Origin: Bellilinea caldifistulae
Lineage (GTDB): Bacteria; Chloroflexota; Anaerolineae; Anaerolineales; Anaerolineaceae
Direction: 5' to 3'
Assembly: GCF_001306055.1 (NCBI RefSeq)
Contig: NZ_LGHJ01000015.1
Span: forward strand, 30,001-62,000
DNA: 32,000 nucleotides
In this document: positions 1-7,206 of the stretch, piece by piece
Position numbering within the stretch: position 1 is the first letter of the stretch
How the letters are laid out: the number at the start of each line of letters is the position of its first letter
Program-made: the position numbers and the translations under genes
Notes under the pieces: model-generated
What the model saw: only the letters and a program-made list of their open reading frames with translations
Told to the model about the DNA's origin: nothing
Database searches by the model: none

Positions 1-157
1 GCGTTTCAAATGAAGCCGATTCGGCATTAAGCGGTGCGGCTGCCAGAGGGGTGTTGGCAGCATCCACCGTTGCCGGTGCGCAAGCCGACAACCCCAGCAG
101 AATGAAGACTGCCAGGACGGCCAGCGTTCCCATCCGAAAATTCGATTGAATGTTCAT
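1..157 (-). CDS. Putative lipoprotein, N-terminal fragment (gene continues beyond the left window edge)
   Basis: Reverse-strand ATG at 157 with GAGGAG at 168-173. Translation is MNIQSNFRMGTLAVLAVFILLGLSACAPATVDAAN..., a signal peptide with lipobox LSAC. Absent from the ORF track because it runs off the window. Confidence 0.5.
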   Translation of the reverse strand, partial: MNIQSNFRMGTLAVLAVFILLGLSACAPATVDAANTPLAAAPLNAESASFET

Positions 158-273
158 GGTGATTATTCTCCTCAATAAAATTTGTGTTTATCTATCCGGT
201 TAGTCGTATTTTTCCGCGAAAAGTTACGGGCAAGCGAGGGAATGGAACAGGAACATCAACCGGTTTTCTGAGG

Positions 274-279
274 TACAAT
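274..279 (+). promoter_or_regulatory. Candidate -10 box (TACAAT) 7 nt upstream of the ATG at 287; possible leaderless transcript
   Basis: TACAAT at 274-279, then tcagccg, then ATG. No Shine-Dalgarno and no convincing -35. Confidence 0.25.
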
Positions 280-286
280 TCAGCCG

Positions 287-466
287 ATGAACAACCAGAC
301 CAATCATCGCCAGAAGCGGTTGTACCTTTCCCTGCTGGCGCTGGCGGTGCTGATTTTGACCCCCTTTGGGTTGTATTTTGCCCTGCAGAGCGGCGCCGAC
401 CGACTGGCAGCCGTTTTGTTTGCCGTGTTAAGCAGCGGCATTCTGCTGGTGATGTGGAGCGGTTAA
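287..466 (+). CDS. Small hypothetical membrane protein (59 aa, two predicted TM helices)
   Basis: Hand translation: MNNQTNHRQKRLYLSLLALAVLILTPFGLYFALQSGADRLAAVLFAVLSSGILLVMWSG*. Third codon positions are GC-rich like neighbouring genes, and there are two hydrophobic stretches. It is shorter than every ORF in the supplied track. Its 3' end overlaps the convergent apbC stop by 4 nt. Confidence 0.35.
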   Translation: MNNQTNHRQKRLYLSLLALAVLILTPFGLYFALQSGADRLAAVLFAVLSSGILLVMWSG

Positions 467-1533
467 ACCGGGCGGGGTGGGGTTCGCACGGCTTCGACCT
501 GCTGAATGCGCTCGACGACTGCGCTCAGTTCCGGCAGGTGAACCTCTTCGGCGCGGCCGCTGTCGCAGCGTTCGCACCATTGCGGGTCAATCGGCAGGCG
601 TGCCAGCAGTGGCGCGCCGGCCGCCTCGCAAATTTCCGGCGCATGACTGGCCCCAAACACGGCGTATTCGCCGCCATCCGCCGGACAGCGAAAATAACTG
701 TAATTTTCCACTACCCCCAAAATGGGGATGTGAAGGGTTTGCAGCATGTGAACGGCTTTGCGCACTACCAGCGCCGAAAGTCCCTGCGGGGCGGTGACCA
801 GCACCACCCCGTTGACCGGCAGGGTGCGCAGTACGGTGAGAGCCGCGTCAGAAGTGCCGGGTGGCAAGTCCACCAACAGGACATCCAGTTTGCCCCACAG
901 CACCTGAGTCCAGAACTGCTGAATGGTGGCGGAAATCAATGCACCGCGCCAGATCACCGGCTGATCGGCTTCCGGCAGCAACAGGTTGGTGGAAACCACC
1001 CGAATGCCCTGGCGGGTAGTCGCCGGTAAAATGCCCTGCTCGCTGCCGCGCAGTCCGCCCGCCGGCAGCCCGAAGAAATGCGGAATGCTCGGGCCGGTAA
1101 GATCGGCATCGAGGATGCCGGTTTTCCAGCCGCGCCGGGTTAATTCCACCGCCAGCAGGGCGGTCAGCGAGGATTTGCCCACCCCGCCTTTGCCGCTCAT
1201 CACCGCAATGACCCGTTGAACCTGATTGAAAGCGTTGAGTTTGGGTAATTGCGGGGTGGCGCTGGCGATCACGGCGCGGCGTTCTTCATCGGTCATTGTC
1301 CCAAAGGTGATCTCCACCTGTTCAAAACCGAGTGGGCGCAGCACCTGTCTGGCGTTGAAAGCCATCTGATCCTTCATCGGGCAGGTTGGCACGGTCAGCG
1401 CCAGGGTGAAGGACAGTCGTCCATCCCCATGCAGGGTCAGATCGCGTACCATGCCCATCTCGACGATGTTGCGCCCGATTTCGGGGTCAATCACCTTGCG
1501 CAGGGCGTTGAGAATGGCGTCCGTTTCCATCAC
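463..1533 (-). CDS. apbC: Mrp/NBP35-family Fe-S cluster carrier ATPase (ApbC-like) with N-terminal DUF59/MIP18 domain
   Basis: N-terminus ILNALRKVIDPEIGRNIVEMGMVRDL is DUF59-like. Deviant Walker A AVMSGKGGVGKSS, then DADLTGPSIP. The GTG at 1533 overlaps the upstream stop (GTGA); an ATG at 1530 is an alternative start. Confidence 0.9.
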   Translation of the reverse strand: MMETDAILNALRKVIDPEIGRNIVEMGMVRDLTLHGDGRLSFTLALTVPTCPMKDQMAFNARQVLRPLGFEQVEITFGTMTDEERRAVIASATPQLPKLNAFNQVQRVIAVMSGKGGVGKSSLTALLAVELTRRGWKTGILDADLTGPSIPHFFGLPAGGLRGSEQGILPATTRQGIRVVSTNLLLPEADQPVIWRGALISATIQQFWTQVLWGKLDVLLVDLPPGTSDAALTVLRTLPVNGVVLVTAPQGLSALVVRKAVHMLQTLHIPILGVVENYSYFRCPADGGEYAVFGASHAPEICEAAGAPLLARLPIDPQWCERCDSGRAEEVHLPELSAVVERIQQVEAVRTPPRPV

Positions 1534-2567
1534 GCGGCAGGTGGTTGCAGGCGCACGCGCATCACGCAGCGCTGACGCGCCCCAAAGCGGTATTTATAAT
1601 CCTCGCCGCCGCGCATGAAATCAAATTCGCGGTAGCGGTTTTCAATCGCCCAGCGGATGAAATGAGAAAGCAGCACCCAGCCGGGTGAATAATCGTTGAA
1701 ACGCCGGTCAAAACCGGAATTGTACAGCCAGACCTGCTGCAAATAATCGAACGCCAGATAGGCGGCGGCTTTTTCCCCGCCAACTTCCAGAAAGACCAGC
1801 CGCAGGCAGCCCAGATCAAACGAGCATCGAATCATCTCGCGCATGGTCTCGCGCATCAATGGAGTCAGGAAGACACGTTTTTCGTCATCCTGCTCCATCA
1901 GGGCAAACAGGGCTTCGATTTCGGCATCCAGCGCGGCACGTTCACTGACCATGTACCAGCGCGCCGGCGGGCTGAGGGTTTCGGCACGGCGCAGTTTACG
2001 GCGGATTTCGTGGCGCTGCTTTTTATCCAGGCTGGCCAGGTAGGTTTCCCAATCATCCGGCAGAGGAATGGTGGGACACGGCTGGCAGAATTCTTTGAGA
2101 AATGACCAGCCGTGCCGGGCAGCCGCGGCTTCCAGCGCATCAAAGGTCGGCGATTCCTCCGGCAGGTTGTATAAATCCAGTGCGCTAAACGGTTGTTCGG
2201 TGCGCAATTCCTGCAGGGCGGGCAGCAGAGCATCCAAAAAGGCGGGCAGGTCTTCGGGTCGGGCGATAAAATCGAGATAGTCGGAGATTTCGATGCTGCC
2301 CAAAAACAGCAGCGCCGGCTCGCCAAGATGATCGGGCGTCCAGAACAGCGGGGCAATACCCAGCAGACGGTCATCCCGCCGGGCGGTAATCAGCGCCAGT
2401 TGCGATTCGGGCGGCCATTCACCGCCGCCGCGCCGCCGCCACCAGATATCGAGATACTCAAAGCGCAAAAAAGGACAGTGCGATGGACTTTCGGCCAGCA
2501 GGGCGTTCCAGTCCTCTTGCAGGGCCGGCGACCATTCGCGATGGAGTTGCAGTTCAAGGGTTTTCAT
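1530..2567 (-). CDS. GNAT-family acetyltransferase, BioF2-like/CelD-like (Acetyltransf_6 type)
   Basis: C-terminal AAAYLAFDY...LYNSGFD...SPGWVLLSHFIRWAIENRYREFDFMRGGEDYKYRFGA is typical of this family. Translationally coupled to apbC. Confidence 0.7.
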   Translation of the reverse strand: MKTLELQLHREWSPALQEDWNALLAESPSHCPFLRFEYLDIWWRRRGGGEWPPESQLALITARRDDRLLGIAPLFWTPDHLGEPALLFLGSIEISDYLDFIARPEDLPAFLDALLPALQELRTEQPFSALDLYNLPEESPTFDALEAAAARHGWSFLKEFCQPCPTIPLPDDWETYLASLDKKQRHEIRRKLRRAETLSPPARWYMVSERAALDAEIEALFALMEQDDEKRVFLTPLMRETMREMIRCSFDLGCLRLVFLEVGGEKAAAYLAFDYLQQVWLYNSGFDRRFNDYSPGWVLLSHFIRWAIENRYREFDFMRGGEDYKYRFGARQRCVMRVRLQPPAA

Positions 2568-2574
2568 GGTGGGA

Positions 2575-2580
2575 ATTATA
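2575..2580 (-). promoter_or_regulatory. Candidate -10 box (TATAAT on the minus strand) 7 nt upstream of the GNAT ATG; possible leaderless mRNA
   Basis: Minus strand reads gcggTATAATtcccaccATGaaaacc. No SD between the box and the ATG. The -35 is poor. Confidence 0.35.
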
Positions 2581-2650
2581 CCGCAGCAGTAATTCAGGTG
2601 AGGCGGTTTGTAATGGGAAAGAACCGCTTTACCGCCAATTTAACGAGCAA

Positions 2651-2679
2651 GGTCGGGTAAGCCATTGCTCAACCCGACC
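2651..2679 (-). terminator. Hairpin downstream of the MCP/CZB gene (possible terminator)
   Basis: GGTCGGGT (2651-2658) pairs with ACCCGACC (2672-2679), giving an 8-bp stem and 13-nt loop. The minus-strand tail ttgctcgtt is only moderately U-rich. Confidence 0.3.
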
Positions 2680-2720
2680 CGCTCCGGTGGATGGAAAGGT
2701 TATTTTATACAGGGGAAAAT

Positions 2721-3365
2721 TCAGATTACCCGCTTAAGGCTCTCCAACTTTTCGTCCACTTGCTTGGCAACCTGTTTGATTTCTTTGAGCATTTGGGCGC
2801 CATGATGACCGTTTTTCTGATTTGCGGCAAATTCACGCAGTAAATCATGGAATCGGATGTGGTCGGCCTCCACCGCTTTGAATTCAGAATGAGCGCCAAA
2901 TTCACGTTTGCCCAGCCCGTAATACCACTTTCCCAGCGCACAGTCGGTGTGAGCAGGCACGTCGCTCACACGCAGGGTCTCGGCGCCGCTGGCGGCTTTT
3001 TCCACCCGTTCCACCCATCTCAGATGGGCTTTTTGGAAGGTTTCAATCTCATCCAGCAAGTCGCTGCGGCTGGTTTGCTGCAACTTGAATTGCCGGACGA
3101 TTTCCTTGAGGTTTTGAGCCATCTCTTCCAGAGAACGGGCCGAAGCGGCCACTTCCTCAACCTGCGCGCTCATTTCCTCCGCCGAAGCCGAAACTTCCTC
3201 CACCGCGGCGCTGTTCTCCTCGCTGACCGAGGCAATGTTCTCGATGGCGCCGGTCACCTCGGTGGCGCCGGCAGCCATCTGTTCGGTGGCGGCGGTGTTT
3301 TCCTCGACGACCGCCATCACGGCATCTACTGCTGCTACCAGCTCGGCAGCCGATGCGCTCGCCAT
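2721..3365 (-). CDS. Truncated methyl-accepting chemotaxis-type helix fused to a CZB (chemoreceptor zinc-binding) domain
   Basis: The N-terminal ~95 aa resemble only the C-terminal descending helix of an MCP signalling domain (EQMAAGATEV...SEENSAAVEEVSASAEEMSAQVEEV...IVRQFKL). There is no hairpin tip, HAMP or TM segment. The C-terminus has HLRW-x24-CALGKW-x21-HIRFH, matching the CZB signature. Confidence 0.75.
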   Translation of the reverse strand: MASASAAELVAAVDAVMAVVEENTAATEQMAAGATEVTGAIENIASVSEENSAAVEEVSASAEEMSAQVEEVAASARSLEEMAQNLKEIVRQFKLQQTSRSDLLDEIETFQKAHLRWVERVEKAASGAETLRVSDVPAHTDCALGKWYYGLGKREFGAHSEFKAVEADHIRFHDLLREFAANQKNGHHGAQMLKEIKQVAKQVDEKLESLKRVI

Positions 3366-3485
3366 GACAGACCATGGGTGGAGCCCCCGCCTCCGCGATG
3401 GCTTTGGGGGAGAACGCCCAAAATCTGTAAACGAATTGAAAAGAAACTTTCACAAAAAATTTATGAAATACCTCTTATAAAGCCT

Positions 3486-3491
3486 TATAAT
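3486..3491 (+). promoter_or_regulatory. Candidate -10 box (TATAAT) for the HD-GYP sensor gene
   Basis: TATAAT lies in the AT-rich divergent intergenic region 3366-3554, 63 nt upstream of the ATG at 3555. TGAAAT at 3463-3468 is a weak -35 with a 17-nt spacer. Confidence 0.3.
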
Positions 3492-3554
3492 GAGACTGGT
3501 TTATCTTGTCTGATCAGGGCAAGTATTATCGGAGCGGTGACTGGGAAGAACGAA

Positions 3555-6500
3555 ATGCAGGGGAACATTTTTCTCACCTTAATTCAAAACATTGCCTTGC
3601 TGCTGGCAACCCTGCTGATATTCGATGTCCTCATCCGCCGGGAAGAGATTGGCAACCAGCGGCTGCGGCAGATACTGGCTGGCCTTTTCCTCGGCGGGGT
3701 CGGCCTCTTGCTGATGTCCACGCCGTGGACTTTTGCGCCGGGGATCATCTTCGACACCCGGTCGGTGCTGCTCAGCACCGCCGGGCTGTTTTTTGGGTTC
3801 ATCCCCACGCTCATCGCTATGCTCATCACCGCGGTTTACCGCTGGTGGATTAGCGGGGCTGCCGCCCTGACCGGTATTCTGGTGATTTTCGCAACCGGCG
3901 GGCTGGGGCTGCTGTGGCGTTACCGTCTCGGCCGGCAGGTGGAAAACATCCCGCTCTGGCAATTATGGGTATTTGGGGGGATCGTCCATCTGGTCATGCT
4001 GGGGTTGATGTTCACCCTGCCGTTACAGCGCGCTTTGGAAGTGGTGCGCATCATCAGCCTGCCGGTACTCTTGATCTACCCGCTGGGCAATCTGGCGCTG
4101 GGGGTGCTGCTGCAAAACCGCTTGCGGCGCGAGCGGCTGTGGCACGAGAACCAGCGTCAGATGGAGTACCTGCAATCCGCCTGGGATTTCTTTCAGGAAA
4201 CGCATCCTTCGCTGCAACGTTTTTTGAAAGCCGCCCTGGAGAAAGCCCTGCAGATCACCCGCAGCCGGTTGGGGTTTTTGTTCCTGTACGATGAACATCA
4301 GAAACGGTTTGTGATGAGTGTGGTCTCTCCACCCATGGAGAATGCAGAGGAAATCCCAAGCCGGATGTTTGAAGAAATCAGCGGCGGCATGTGGGCCGAA
4401 GCGATCCGGCAGAAAAAACCGGTCTGGGTCAACGATTACCACCCGCCCAACCCTCTCCAAAAAGAGATGCCGCCCGATCACCCAGTTTTGGAGCGGTTTA
4501 TGGGGGTTCCGGCGCTGGAAAATGGACGGGTGACCGCCCTGCTGGGGGTTGCCAACAGCCCGCAAGCCTATCATCAGGAAGATGCCCTGCGGTTGGCTCT
4601 GTTCATGGACGGTGTCTGGAAAGCCATCAAGCGCTTCCAAATGGAGCAGCAAATGCGCCTGCAATCTGCCGCGCTGGAATCTGCTGCCAGCGTGGTGGTG
4701 ATCACCGACCGGGACGGGCGGATCGAGTGGGCCAACCCGGCTTTTACGCGGGTGACCGGTTACGCGCTGGATGAGGTGCGCGGTCAAAACCCGCGCATCC
4801 TCAAATCCGGCAAGCAGGATCAATCTTTTTACGAAAACCTGTGGAACACCATCCTGTGCGGGCAGGTCTGGCGGGGCGAGATGACCAACCGGCGCAAGGA
4901 CGGCAGCCTGTACGTCGAACAGGCGGTCATTTCGCCGGTGTGCAACGAGGATGGCGAAATTGCCCACTTCATTGCCATCAAAGAAGACATCACCGAACAG
5001 CGCAAGGCCGAAGAAGCCGCCCGCGAAAGCGAGCAGCGCTTTGCGCTGATGGCCGAAGCCGCCCCGGTGATGATCTGGATGACCAAAGCCGACGGGAAGG
5101 ACGGCTACGTTAACCGCGCCTGGCGCGAATTTATGGGCTGCCGCGAGGATGACGACCTGAACCGCGTTTGGGAGGAACGCATTCACCCCCATGAACGGGA
5201 AACACTCCTTGAGGCTTACCGGCAATCCATGCAGTTGTGCCTGCCGTTCATCGCCGAATACCGCCTGCGCCGCGCCGACGGCGAGTACCGCTGGATCAGC
5301 GATCACGGCGAGCCGCGTTTTTCGGCTTCGGGTGAATTTTTGGGGATGATTGGGGTGTTTTACGACATCACCGAGCAGCGCCAGCAAAGCGCGCTGCTGG
5401 CAGCGATCAGCGCGGTGAATCGCGCCTTGACCCGCGCCATCCACCCGCAGGACATGTTCAACCGCATCGTCGGCGAAATCAACCGCCTGATGGAGGTGGA
5501 GGCGGCCATGCTGGAGCTGATTGACCCGCAAACCAATCGGATCGAAATCGTGGCTGCCAGCGGTGTGTGGCAGCCGCTGCAGGGACAAACCGAATCGCCG
5601 CTGGAACATATCCGTCAGCAGGTACTGGAAGAAGGAAAGCCCTACCTCGAAAATCATCAGGGTCATCTGACACAAAAGGGCATCCCTGCGCCGGCCTGCG
5701 GCTGTCAGGCGATTGCCAGCATACCCCTGGAAGTAGATTATCAGAATCTCGGCATCCTGACGATTGGCAGTTATCAGGCTATCTCGCCGGAAAAGGTGAA
5801 CTTGCTGCAGGGGATTGGCGAAGTGGTTGCCAGCGTCATCTACCGTGACGAACTGTACCGGCGCATCGAGCAAAATGCCTCCCGACTGGGCTCACTGCGC
5901 ATCATTGACACTTCCATCATCGAAGGGCAGGACCTCAAAACCGTCCTGCGAATTGTCCTGGAGCAGACTTCCCACCAGTTAAAGATGGACGCTGCTTCAA
6001 TTTTCCTGTTCAACCCGCAAAATTCGACCCTCGAACATGCCGCCGATTACGGCTTCAAAACCCGTGGGATCGAAAAGACTCTCAAACTGGGGCAAAGCCA
6101 CGCCGGCGTGGCTGCCCTGCAGCGGACGATTCTCACCTACCCCGACCTGCCGGCAACCCGCGATGAAATTGCGGCTTACCTGCTGGATGAAGAGGGCTTC
6201 CGCTTTCAAGCGGCGGCGCCGCTGGTCTCCAAAGGCGACCTGATCGGGGTGTTGGAATTGTTTGCGCGGCGTGATTTTCAGCCGAATGATGACTGGGTCA
6301 GTGATTTGCAGACCTTCGCGGATCAGGCAGCCATCGCCATCAACAACATCCAAAACTTTGTCGCCTTGCAAAACTCCAACCGCGAACTGCAAACGGCTTA
6401 TGAAGCCACCATCGAGGGCTGGTCACGCGCCATGGACCTGCGCGATCATGAAACCGAAAATCACACCCTGCGGGTGACGGATCTGACCCTGCGGCTGGCG

Positions 6501-6962
6501 CGCGCGATGGGCGTCCGCGAAGAGGAATTGATTCACTATCGGCGCGGCGCGCTGCTGCACGATATCGGAAAACTGGGCGTGCCGGATGCCATCCTGCAAA
6601 AAGCCGGTGCTTTGGACGATGACGAATGGCTGCTGATGCGCCAGCACCCGATTTATGCCTACCAGATGCTCTATCCGATTGAATACCTGCGGCCGGCGAT
6701 CGAGATTCCCTACTGCCATCACGAAAAATGGGACGGAACGGGTTACCCGCGCGGCTTGAAAGGCGAGGAGATCCCGCTGGCGGCGCGGATATTTGCGGTG
6801 GTGGATGTGTTCGATGCGCTGACCTCCGACCGGCCCTACCGCCGGGCATGGAGTATTCGCGAGGCGCTGGACTACATCAAGGAGCAGTCCGGTCAGCATT
6901 TCGACCCGCAGGTGGTGGAAGCGTTTTTGCGGCTGTACGGCACTGGCTCGTTGAAGATTTAA
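3555..6962 (+). CDS. Multidomain membrane sensor with C-terminal HD-GYP domain (predicted c-di-GMP phosphodiesterase): 5TMR-LYT, GAF, PAS, PAS, GAF, GAF, HD-GYP
   Basis: The track ORF 2847-6962 begins antisense to the CZB gene; a realistic start is the ATG at 3555 (MQGNIFLTLIQ...). 5TMR-LYT motif GIIFDTRSVLLSTAGLFFG (about 3555-4130). PAS regions at about 4660-5010 and 5040-5385 (VVVITDRDGRIEWANPAF; MIWMTKADG). GAF-like regions at about 4150-4640, 5400-5860 and 5880-6370. HD-GYP region: HTLRV...ALLHDIGKLGVP...HHEKWDGTGYPRGL (6718-6760)...FDALTSDRPYR. Confidence 0.88.
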   Translation: MQGNIFLTLIQNIALLLATLLIFDVLIRREEIGNQRLRQILAGLFLGGVGLLLMSTPWTFAPGIIFDTRSVLLSTAGLFFGFIPTLIAMLITAVYRWWISGAAALTGILVIFATGGLGLLWRYRLGRQVENIPLWQLWVFGGIVHLVMLGLMFTLPLQRALEVVRIISLPVLLIYPLGNLALGVLLQNRLRRERLWHENQRQMEYLQSAWDFFQETHPSLQRFLKAALEKALQITRSRLGFLFLYDEHQKRFVMSVVSPPMENAEEIPSRMFEEISGGMWAEAIRQKKPVWVNDYHPPNPLQKEMPPDHPVLERFMGVPALENGRVTALLGVANSPQAYHQEDALRLALFMDGVWKAIKRFQMEQQMRLQSAALESAASVVVITDRDGRIEWANPAFTRVTGYALDEVRGQNPRILKSGKQDQSFYENLWNTILCGQVWRGEMTNRRKDGSLYVEQAVISPVCNEDGEIAHFIAIKEDITEQRKAEEAARESEQRFALMAEAAPVMIWMTKADGKDGYVNRAWREFMGCREDDDLNRVWEERIHPHERETLLEAYRQSMQLCLPFIAEYRLRRADGEYRWISDHGEPRFSASGEFLGMIGVFYDITEQRQQSALLAAISAVNRALTRAIHPQDMFNRIVGEINRLMEVEAAMLELIDPQTNRIEIVAASGVWQPLQGQTESPLEHIRQQVLEEGKPYLENHQGHLTQKGIPAPACGCQAIASIPLEVDYQNLGILTIGSYQAISPEKVNLLQGIGEVVASVIYRDELYRRIEQNASRLGSLRIIDTSIIEGQDLKTVLRIVLEQTSHQLKMDAASIFLFNPQNSTLEHAADYGFKTRGIEKTLKLGQSHAGVAALQRTILTYPDLPATRDEIAAYLLDEEGFRFQAAAPLVSKGDLIGVLELFARRDFQPNDDWVSDLQTFADQAAIAINNIQNFVALQNSNRELQTAYEATIEGWSRAMDLRDHETENHTLRVTDLTLRLARAMGVREEELIHYRRGALLHDIGKLGVPDAILQKAGALDDDEWLLMRQHPIYAYQMLYPIEYLRPAIEIPYCHHEKWDGTGYPRGLKGEEIPLAARIFAVVDVFDALTSDRPYRRAWSIREALDYIKEQSGQHFDPQVVEAFLRLYGTGSLKI

Positions 6963-6994
6963 CAAAACTATAAACAAATTCCAAAAAAAGCCTC

Positions 6995-7024
6995 TTGACT
7001 CGAACCCCCCAATTAAGATAGACT
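6995..7024 (+). promoter_or_regulatory. Candidate sigma70-type promoter of the aro operon leader
   Basis: TTGACT (6995-7000), an 18-nt spacer, then TAGACT (7019-7024). CATAAT at 7029-7034 is an alternative -10 with no matching -35. This is the only AT-rich stretch between the HD-GYP stop and the leader ORF. Confidence 0.3.
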
Positions 7025-7055
7025 ATTGCATAATCTCGCACAAATTCTGATTCCT

Positions 7056-7130
7056 ATGCGATTTTTCCCCTGGTTTTACGCCTACTTCTTTTACGGCAAC
7101 GCCGCACGGCTTGCCGGGCGTGACGCTTAA
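7056..7130 (+). CDS. Candidate attenuation leader peptide (24 aa), aromatic-rich: MRFFPWFYAYFFYGNAARLAGRDA
   Basis: Hand translation from ATG 7056 to TAA 7128-7130. Residues 3-13 are FFPWFYAYFFY (5 Phe, 3 Tyr, 1 Trp). It lies 26 nt upstream of an intrinsic terminator and 77 nt upstream of aroH. No obvious SD. Confidence 0.6.
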   Translation: MRFFPWFYAYFFYGNAARLAGRDA

Positions 7131-7155
7131 GGGGAAGGGAACTCATCCACACCTG

Positions 7156-7187
7156 AGGCGGCGCAACCGGCGCCGCCTTTTGATTTT
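7156..7187 (+). terminator. Intrinsic terminator (attenuator) between the leader ORF and aroH
   Basis: AGGCGGCGC (7156-7164) pairs with GCGCCGCCT (7170-7178): 9 bp (eight G-C pairs plus the terminal A7156-T7178), loop AACCG. It is followed by TTTTGATTTT (7178-7187), then the aroH SD GGAGG (7196-7200) and ATG at 7207. Confidence 0.65.
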
Positions 7188-7206
7188 CCTCAACGGAGGT
7201 TGAACC

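Noticed and set aside
3366-3460. Whether the missing N-terminal part of the MCP lies upstream of 3365 in another frame (a frameshifted pseudogene).
   Set aside because: The upstream sequence quickly becomes AT-rich and non-coding. The overlapping 98-aa ORF 3157-3453 shows no MCP-like heptads. The truncation therefore looks like a genuine gene boundary, although an older deletion cannot be excluded.
2847-3554. The N-terminal 236 codons of the 1371-aa track ORF 2847-6962.
   Set aside because: This part is antisense to the well-supported CZB gene and then crosses an AT-rich intergenic region. The sensor's first TM helix begins right after the ATG at 3555.
4023-5873. Long antisense ORFs opposite recognised genes. 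Examples: 184-1029(+), 4023-5873(-), 7787-8695(-), 10016-10702(-), 12090-13109(-), 15068-15766(+), 19565-20260(+), 20854-21531(-), 25136-26461(-), 28268-29011(-), 29768-30619(+), 30432-31628(+).
   Set aside because: Their translations are Arg/Gly/His/Pro/Gln-rich with low complexity and no motifs, while the opposite strand encodes clearly recognisable proteins. These are typical shadow ORFs of GC-rich DNA.
7021-7206. T-box or protein-mediated (TRAP-like) control of the aro leader, instead of a leader peptide.
   Set aside because: I found no T-box sequence (AGGGUGGNACCGCG-like), no specifier-loop architecture and no GAG/UAG triplet repeats. The aromatic mini-ORF plus terminator is the more economical reading.
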